Source: Nitrospirales bacterium
Lineage (GTDB): Bacteria; Nitrospirota; Nitrospiria; Nitrospirales; UBA8639
Assembly: GCA_965203295.1 (NCBI GenBank)
Contig: CBDBCZ010000018.1
Span: forward strand, 1,952,001 to 2,016,000
Reading direction: 5' to 3'
Length of the DNA: 64,000 nucleotides
Shown here: in pieces, positions 54,283-64,000 of the stretch
How positions within the stretch are numbered: the stretch's first letter is position 1
How the letters are laid out: each line of letters starts with the position of its first letter
Made by a program: the position numbers and the translations under genes
The notes under the pieces: model-generated
The model's database searches: none
What the model saw: only the letters and a program-made list of their open reading frames with translations
What the model was told of the DNA's origin: nothing

Positions 54283-57200
54283 TAGTTACTTTGGCTTAAA
54301 GTCTTTGCTAGAGACCAACAAAACTAACAATTTTCAATAAAATCCTTCTTTCCTAATCTTCAGACTAATATCATTCAAACTAAACAAGCCTTTGAATAAC
54401 CAGTTCTCTTCCTAAACAGTTAGGAAGGGTCAGATCAATGGTAGCTAGTTACTTTGGCTGAAAGTCTTTGACTGAGACCAACAAAACTAACAATTTTCAA
54501 TAAATCCTTCTTTCCTAATCATCAGACTAACATCAACCAAACTAAACAAGCCTTTGAATAACCAGTTCCTTTCTTGAACATCGACACTTCCTAAACATGT
54601 ATTGTATCCGACTAACATCATTAAAACTAATCAACCCTTTAAATAACCAGTTCCTTTCTTGAAGAGCGATACTTCCTAAGCATGTATTGTATCTGACTAA
54701 CATCATTCAAACTAAACAAGCCTTTGAATAACCAGTTCTTTTCCTAAACAGTTGGGAAGGGTCAGATCAATGGTAGCCAGTTACTTCGGCTGAAAGTCTT
54801 TTCCTGAGACCAACAAAACTAACAATTTTCAATAAAATCCTTCTTTCCTAATCTTCAGACTAACATCAACAAAACTAAACAAGCTTTTGAATAACCAGTT
54901 CCTTTCTTAAACATCTACACTTCCTAAACATGTATTGTATCCGACTAACATCATTAAAACTAATCAAGCCTTTGAATAACCAGTTCTTTTCCTAAACAGT
55001 TGGGAAGGGTCAGATCAATGGTAGCCAGTTACTTTGGCTGAAAGTCTTTGCCTGAGACCAACAAAACTAATTATTTTCAATAAAATCCTACTTTCCTAAT
55101 CTTCAGGCTAACATCAACAAAACTAAACAGGCCTTTGAATAACCAGCTCTTTTTCTAAAAAGTTGGGAAGGGTCAGATAAATGGTAGCAAGTTACTTTGG
55201 CTTAAAGTCTTTGCTAGAGACAAAAAAACTAACAATTTTAAATAAAATCCTTCTTTCCTAATCAGCAAACTAACATCAACCAAACTAAACAAGCCTTTGA
55301 ATAACCAGTTCCTTTCTTGAAGATCGATACTTCCTAAGCATGTATTGTATCTGACTCACATCATTCAAACTAAAACAAGCCTTTGAATAACCAGTTCCTT
55401 TCTTGAACATTGATACTTCCTAAGCATGTATTGTATCTGACTAATATCATTCAAACAAAACAAGCCTTTGAATAACCAGCTTATTTTCTAATTAGTTCGG
55501 AAGGGTCAGATCAATGGTAACTAGTAACTTTGGCTTAAAGTCTTTGCTAGAGACCAACAAAACTAACAATTTTCAATAAAATCCTTCTTTCCTAATCTTC
55601 AGGCTAACATCAAATAAACTAAAAAGGCCTTTGAATAACCAGTTCTTTTCTAAACAGTTAGGAAGGGTCAGAAAAATGGTAGCTAGTTACTTTGGCTTAA
55701 AGTTTTTGTTAGAGACCAACAAAACTAACAATTTTCAAAAAAATCCTTCTTTCCTAATCTTAAGACTAACATCAACCAAACTAAACAAGCCTTTGAATAA
55801 CCAGTTCCTTTCTTGAACATCGATACTTCCTAAGCATGTATTGTATCTGACTAACATCATTCAAACTAAACAAGCCTTTGAATAACAAGTTCTTTTCCTA
55901 AACAGTTGGGAAGGGTCAGATCAATGGTAGCCAGTTACTTTGGCTGAAAGTCTTTGCCTGAGACCAAAAAAACTAACAATTTTCAATAAAATCCTTCTTT
56001 CCTAATCTTCAGACTAACATCAACCAAACTAAACAAGCCTTTGAATAACCAGTTCCTTTCTTGAACATTGATACTTCCTAAGCATGTATTGTATCTGACT
56101 AATATCATTCAAACAAAACAAGCCTTTGAATAACCAGCTCTTTTTCTAAATAGTTTGGAAGGATCAGATCAATGGTAGCCAGTTACTTTGGCTTAAAGTC
56201 TTTGCAAGAGACCAACAAAACTAACAATTATCAATAAAATCCTTCTTTCTTAATCTTCAGGCTAAAATCAACGAAACTTAACAGGCCTTTGAATAACCAG
56301 TTCTTTTTCTAAACAGTTGGGAAGGGTCAGATAAATGGTAGCTAGTTACTTTGGCTTAAAGTCTTTGCTAGAGACCAACAAAACTAACAATTTTCAATAA
56401 AATCCTACTTTCCTAATCTTCAGACTAACATCATTCAAACTAAACAAGCCTTTGAATAACCAGTTCTTTTCCTAAACAGTTAGGAAGGGTCAGATGAATG
56501 GTAGCTAGTTACTTTGGCTGAAAGTCTTTGCCTGAGACCAACAAAACTAACAATTTTCAATAAAATCCTTCTTTCCTAATCTTCAGACTAACATCAACCA
56601 AACTAAACAAGCCTTTGAATAACCAGTTCCTTTCTTGAACATCGACACTTCTTAAACATGTATTGTATTCGACTAACATCATTAAAACTAATCAAGCCTT
56701 TGAATAACCAGTTCTTTTCCTAAACAGTTGGGAAGGGTCAGATCAATGGTAGTTAGTTACTTTGGCTGAAAGTCTTTGCCTGAGACCAACAAAACTAACA
56801 ATTTTCAATAAAATCCTTCTTTCCTAATCTTCAGGCTAACATCAAATAAACTAAAAAGGCCTTTGAATAACCAGTTCTTTTCTAAACAGTTAGGAAGGGT
56901 CAGAAAAATGGTAGCTAGTTACTTTGGCTTAAAGTTTTTGTTAGAGACCAACAAAACTAACAATTTTCAATAAAATTCTTCTTTCCTAATCTTCAGAATA
57001 ACATCATTCAAACTAAACAAGACTTTGAATAACCAGTTCTTTTTCTAAACAGTTGGGAAGGGTCAGATAAATGGTAGCTAGTTACTTTGGCTGAAAGTCT
57101 TTGCCTGAGACCAACAAAACTAACAATTTTCAATAAAATCCTTCTTTCCTAATCTTCAGACTAACATCATTCAAACTAAACAAGCCTTCTTTGAATAACC

Positions 57201-60200
57201 AGTTCTCTTCCTAAACAGTTAGGAAGGGTCAGATCAATGGTAGCTAGTTACTTTGGCTGAAAGTCTTTGCCTGAGACCAACAAAACTAACAATTTTCAAT
57301 AAAATCCTTCTTTCCTAATCTTAAGACTAACATCAACCAAACTAAACAAGCCTTTGAATAACCAGTTCCTTTCTTGAACATCTACACTTCCTAAACATGT
57401 ATTGTATCCGACTAACATCATTAAAACTAATCAAGCCTTTGAATAACCAGTTCTTTTCCTAAACAGTTGGGAAGGGTCAGATCAATGGTAGCCAGTTACT
57501 TTGGCTCAAAGTCTTTGCTAGAGACCAACAAAACTAAAGATTTTCTATAAAATACTTCTTTCCTAATCTGCAGACTAACATCAACCAAACTAAATAAGCA
57601 TTTGAATAACCAGTTCCTTTCTTGAACATTGATACTTCCTAAGCATGTATTGTATCTGACTAACATCATTCAAACTAAACAGGCCTTTGAATAACAAGTT
57701 CTTTTCCTAAACAGTTGGGAAGGGTCAGATCAATGGTAGCCAGTTACTTTGGCTGAAAGTATTTGCCTGAGACCAAAAAAACTAACAATTTTCAATAAAA
57801 TCCTTCTTTCCTAATCTTCAGACTAACATCAACCAAACTAAACAAGCCTTTGAATAACCAGTTCCTTTCTTGAACATTGATACTTCCTAAGCATGTATTG
57901 TATCTGACTAATATCATTCAAACAAAACAAGCCTTTGAATAACCAGCTCTTTTTCTAAATAGTTTGGAAGGATCAGATCAATGGTAGCCAGTTACTTTGG
58001 CTTAAAGTCTTTGCAAGAGACCAACAAAACTAACAATTATCAATAAAATCCTTCTTTCTTAATCTTCAGGCTAAAATCAACGAAACTAAACAGGCCTTTG
58101 AATAACCAGTTCTTTTTCTAAACAGTTGGGAAGGGTCAGATAAATGGTAGCTAGTTACTTTGGCTTAAAGTCTTTGCTAGAGACCAACAAAACTAACAAT
58201 TTTCAATAAAATCCTTCTTTCCTAATCTTCATTCAGACTAACATCATTCAAACTAAACAAGCCTTTGAATAACCAGTTCTTTTCCTAAACAGTTAGAAAG
58301 GGTCAGATGAATGGTAGCTAGTTGCTTTGGCTGAAAGTCTTTGCCTGAGACCAACAAAACTAACAATTTTCAATAAAATCCTTCTTTCCTAATCTTCAGA
58401 CTAACATCAACCAAACTAAACAAGCCTTTGAATAACCAGTTCCTTTCTTGAACATCGACACTTCTTAAACATGTATTGTATTCGACTAACATCATTAAAA
58501 CTAATCAAGCCTTTGAATAACCAGTTCTTTTCCTAAACAGTTGGGAAGGGTCAGATCAATGGTAGCTAGTTACTTTGGCTGAAAGTCTTTGCTTGAGACC
58601 AACAAAACTAACAATTTTCAATAAAATCCTTCTTTCCTAATCTTCAGGCTAACATCAAATAAACTAAAAAGGCCTTTGAATAACCAGTTCTTTTCTAAAC
58701 AGTTAGGAAGGGTCAGAAAAATGGTAGCTAGTTACTTTGGCTTAAAGTTTTTGTTAGAGACCAACAAAACTAACAATTTTCAATAAAATTCTTCTTTCCT
58801 AATCTTCAGAATAACATCATTCAAACTAAACAAGCCTTTGAATAACCAGTTCTTTTTCTAAACAGTTGGGAAGGGTCAGATAAATGGTAGCTAGATACTT
58901 TGGCTGAAAGTCTTTGCCTGAGACCAACAAAACTAACAATTTTCAATAAAATCCTTCTTTCCTAATCTTCAGACTAACATCATTCAAACTAAACAAGCCT
59001 TCTTTGAATAACCAGTTCTCTTCCTAAACAGTTAGGAAGGGTCAGATCAATGGTAGCTGGTTACTTTGGCTGAAAGTCTTTGCCTGAGACCAACAAAACT
59101 AACAATTTTCAATAAAATCCTTCTTTCCTAATCTTAAGACTAACATCAACCAAACTAAACAAGCCTTTGAATAACCAGTTCCTTTCTTGAACATCTACAC
59201 TTCCTAAACATGTATTGTATCCGACAACATCATTAAAACTAATCAAGCCTTTGAATAACCAGTTCTTTTCCTAAACAGTTGGGAAGGGTCAGATCAATGG
59301 TAGCGAGTTACTTTGGCTCAAAGTCTTTGCTAGAGACCAACAAAACTAAAGATTTTCTATAAAATACTTCTTTCCTAATCTGCAGACTAACATCAACCAA
59401 ACTAAATAAGCATTTGAATAACCAGTTCCTTTCTTGAACATCAATACTTCCTAAGCATGTATTGTATCTGACTAACATCATTCAAACTAAACAAGCCTTT
59501 GAATAACAAGTTCTTTTCCTAAACAGTTGGGAAGGGTCAGATCAATGGTAGACAGTTACTTTGGCTGAAAGTATTTGCCTGAGACCAAAAAAACTAACAA
59601 TTTTCAATAAAATCCTTCTTTCCTGATCTTCAGACTAACATCAACCAAACTAAACAAGCCTTTGAATAACCAGTTCCTTTCTTGAACATTGATACTTCCT
59701 AAGCATGTATTGTATCTGACTAATATCATTCAAACAAAACAAGCCTTTGAATAACCAGCTCTTTTTCTAAATAGTTTGGAAGGATCAGATCAATGGTAGC
59801 CAGTTACTTTGGCTTAAAGTCTTTGCAAGAGACCAACAAAACTAACAATTATCAATAAAATCTTTCTTTCTTAATCTTCAGGCTAAAATCAACGAAACTA
59901 AACAGGCCTTTGAATAACCAGTTCTTTTTCTAAACAGTTGGGAAGGGTCAGATAAATGGTAGCTAGTTACTTTGGCTTAAAGTCTTTGCTAGAGACCAAC
60001 AAAACTAACAATTTTCAATAAAATCCTTCTTTCCTAATCTTCAGACTAACATCATTCAAACTAAACAAGCCTTTGAATAACCAGTTCTTTTCCTAAACAG
60101 TTAGGAAGGGTCAGATGAATGGTAGCTAGTTACTTTGGCTGAAAGTCTTTGCCTGAGACCAACAAAACTAACAATTTTCAATAAAATCCTTCTTTCCTAA

Positions 60201-63200
60201 TCTTCAGACTAACATCAACCAAACTAAACAAGCCTTTGAATAACCAGTTCCTTTCTTGAACATCGACACTTCTTAAACATGTATTGTATTCGACTAACAT
60301 CATTAAAACTAATCAAGCCTTTGAATAACCAGTTCTTTTCCTAAACAGTTGGGAAGGGTCAGATCAATGGTAGCTAGTGACTTTGGCTTAAAGTCTTTGC
60401 CAGAGACCAACAAATCTAACAATTTTCAATGAAATTCTTCTTTCCTAATCTTCAGACTAACATCAAGCAAACTAAACAAGCCTTTGAATAACCAGTTGCT
60501 TTCTTGAACATCGATACTTCCTAAGCATGTATTGTATCTGACTAACATCATTCATACTAAACAAGCCTTTGAATAACAAGTTTTTTCCTAAACAGTTGGG
60601 AAGGGTCAGATCAATGGTAGTCAGTTACTTTGGCTGAAAGTCTTTGCCTGAGACAAACAAAACTAACAATTTTCAATAAAATCCTTCTTTCCTAATCTTC
60701 AGGCTAACATCAACAAAACTAAACAGGCCTTTGAATAACCAGCTCTTTTTCTAAACAGTTGGGAAGGGTTAGATAAATGGTAGCAAGTTACTTTGGCTTA
60801 AAGTCTTTGCTAGAGACAAAAAAACTAACAATTTTAAATAAAATCCTTCTTTCCTAATCTGCAAACTAACATCAACCAAACAAAACAAGCCTTTGAATAA
60901 CAAGTTCCTTTCTTGAACATTGATACTTCCTAAGCATGTATTGAATCTGACTAATATCATTCAAACAAAACAAGCCTTTAAATAACCAGCTCATTTTCTA
61001 AATAGTTCGGAAGGGTCAGATAAATGGTAGCTAGTAACTTTGGCTTAAAGTCTTTGCTAGAGACAAACAAAACTAACAATTTTCAATAAAATCCTTCTTT
61101 CCTAATCTTCAGGCTAACATCAACAAAACTAAGCAGGCCTTTGAATAACCAGTTCTTTTTCTAAACAGTTGGAAAGGGTCAGATAAATGGTAGCTAGTTA
61201 CTTTGGCTTAAAGTCTTTGCTAGAGACCAACAAAACTAACAATTTTCAATAAAATCCTTCTTTCCTAATCTTCAGACTAACATCATTCAAACTAAACAAG
61301 CCTTCTTTGAATAACCAGTTCTTTTCCTAAACAGTTAGGAAGGGTCAGATCAATGGTAGCTAGTTACTATGGCTGAAAGTCTTTGCCTGAGACCAACAAA
61401 ACTAACAATTTTCAATAAAATCCTTCTTTCCTAATCTTAAGACTAACATCAACCAAACTAAACAAGCATTTGAATAACCAGTTCCTTTCTTGAACATCGA
61501 CACTTCCTAAACATGTATTGTATCCGACTAACATCATTAAAACTAATCAAGCCTTTGAATAACCAGTTCTTTTCCTAAACAGTTGGGAAGGGTAAGATCA
61601 ATGGTGGCTAGTTACTTTGGCTCAAAGTCTTTGCTAGAGACCAACAAAACTAACGATTTTCTATAAAATACTTCTTTCCTAATCTGCAGACTAACATCAA
61701 GCAAACTAAATAAGCATTTGAATAACCAGTTCCTTACTTGAACATCGATACTTCCTAAGTATGTATTGTATCTGACTAACATCATTCAAACTAAACAAGC
61801 CTTTGAATAACAAGTTCTTTTCCTAAATAGTTGGGAAGGGTCAGATCAATGGTTGCCAGTTACTTTGGCTGAAAGTATTTGCCTGAGACTAAAAAAAAAT
61901 AACAATTTTTAATAAAATCCTTCTTTCCTAATCTTCAGACTAACATCAACCAAACTAAACAAGCCTTTGAATAACCAGTTCTTTTCTTGAACATTGATAC
62001 TTCCTAAGCATGTATTGTATCTGACTAATATCATTCAAACAAAACAAGCCTTTGAATAACCAGCTCTTTTTCTAAATAGTTGGGAAGGATCAGATCAATG
62101 GTAGCCAGTTACTTTGGCTTAAAGTCTTTGCAAGAGACCAACAAAACTAACAATTATCAATAAAATCCTTCTTTCTTAATCTTCAGGCTAAAATCAACGA
62201 AACTAAACAGGCCTTTGAATAACCAGTTCTTTTTCTAAACAGTTGGGAAGGGTCAGATAAATGGTAGCTAGTTACTTTGGCTTAAAGTCTTTGCTAGAGA
62301 CCAACTAAACTAACAATTTTCAATAAAATCCTTCTTTCCTAATCTTCAGACAAACATCATTCAAACTAAACAAGCCTTTGAATAACCAGTTCCTTTCTTG
62401 AACATCGACACTTCTTAAACATGTATTGTATTCGACTAACATCATTAAAACTAATCAAGCCTTTGAATAACCAGTTCTTTTCCTAAACAGCTGGGAAGGG
62501 TCAGATCAATGGTAGCTAGTTACTTTGGCTCAAAGTCTTTGCTAGAGACCAACAAAACTAAAGATTTTCTATAAAACACTTCTTTCCTTATCTGCAGACT
62601 AACATCAAGCAAACTAAACAAGCCTTTGAATAACCAGTTCCTTTCTTGAACATCGACACTTCCTAAACATGTATTGTATCCGACTAACATCATTAAAACT
62701 AATCAAGCCTTTGAATAACAGGTTCTTTTCCTAAACCGTTGGGAAGGGTCAGATCAATGGTAGCTAGTTACTTTGGCTTAAAGTCTTTGCTACAGACCAA
62801 CAAAACTATCAATTTTCAATAAAATCCTTCTTTTCTAAGCTTCAGACTAACATCACTCAAACTAAACAAGCTTTTGAATAACCAGCTCTTTTTCTAAACA
62901 GTTGGGAAGGGTAAGATTAAAGGTAGCTAGTAACTTTGGCTTAAAGTCTTTGCTAGAGACCAACAAAACTAATAATTTTCATTAAAATCCTTCTTTCCTA
63001 ATCTTCAGACTATCATCAACGAAACTAAACAAGCCCTTGAATAACAAGTTCCTTTCTTGAACATCGATACTTCCTAAGCGTGTATTGTATCTGACTAACA
63101 TCATTCAAACTAAACAAGCCTTTGAATAACCAGTTCTTTTTCTAAACAGTTGGGAAGAGTCAGATCAATGGTAGTTAGTGACTTTGGCTTAGAGTTTTTG

Positions 63201-64000
63201 CCAGAGACCAACAAATCTAACAATTTTCAATGAAATCCTTCTTTCCTAATCTTCAGACAAACCTCAACCAAACTAAACAAGCCTTTGAATAACCAGTTCC
63301 GGTCTTGAACATCGATACTTCCTTAACATGTATTGTATCCGACTAACATCATTAAAACTAATCAAGCCTTTGAATAACCAGTTCTTTTCCTAAACAGTTG
63401 GGAAGGGTAAGATCAATGGTGGCTAGTTACTTTGGCTCAAAGTATTTGCTAGAGACCAATAAAACTAACGATTTTCTATAAAATACTTCTTTCCTAATCT
63501 GCAGACTAACATCAAGCAAACTAAATAAGCATTTGAATAACCAGTTCCTTACTTGAACATCGATACTTCCTAAGCATGTATTGTATCTGACTAACATCAT
63601 TCAAACTAAACAAGCCTTTGAATAACAAGTTCTTTTCCTAAATAGTTGGGAAGGGTCAGATCAATGGTTGCCAGTTACTTTGGCTGAAAGTATTTGCCTG
63701 AGACTAAAAAAAAATAACAATTTTTAATAAAATCCTTCTTTCCTAATCTTCAGACTAACATCAACCAAACTAAACAAGCCTTTGAATAACCAGTTCCTTT
63801 CTTGAACATTGATACTTCCTAAGCATGTATTGTATCTGACTAATATCATTCAAACAAAACAAGCCTTTGAATAACCAGCTCTTTTTCTAAATAGTTGGGA
63901 AGGATCAGATCAATGGTAGCCAGTTACTTTGGCTTAAAGTCTTTGCAAGAGACCAACAAAACTAACAATTATCAATAAAATCCTTCTTTCTTAATCTTCA
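54283..64000 (+). repeat. Satellite DNA array (right arm), same family and orientation; runs off the window end
   Basis: Resumes at TAGTTACTTTGGCTTAAAG (54283) with the same A and B modules but its own diagnostic variants. Confidence 0.98.
55800..60360 (+). repeat. Higher-order repeat of ~1.81 kb (about 9A+4B) in the right arm
   Basis: The marker GGATCAGATC occurs at 56161, 57970 and 59782 (spacings 1809, 1812), and again at 62087 and 63902 (spacing 1815). Confidence 0.85.

Overview
Eukaryotic (invertebrate animal-like) heterochromatin; no prokaryotic genes and no intact coding gene are evident. About 78% of the window is one AT-rich satellite, in two same-orientation arrays (1-40347 and 54283-64000). 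The satellite is built from two modules, A (163 bp) and B (85 bp), which share a ~44-bp core and are arranged in irregular higher-order repeats (1.65, 1.81 and 2.05 kb, plus a loose 7-9 kb period). A 13.9-kb non-satellite island (40348-54282) separates the arrays, and both of its junctions fall at essentially the same base of the monomer. The island holds minus-strand spliceosomal exons, including three clear TRAPPC13-like exons in scrambled order that the ORF track misses. It also holds two decayed LINE RT fragments, a tRNA-derived SINE, a TA-flanked Tc1/mariner-type MITE, five TAG...CTA palindromic mini-elements with 9-bp TSDs, and several local duplications. The right array starts directly after a GAAA hairpin and a (GTCT)n tract, the architecture of Helentron/DINE-1-like elements with central tandem repeats, which suggests a transposon origin for this satellite. 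All homology calls come from manual translation and memory, not database searches.
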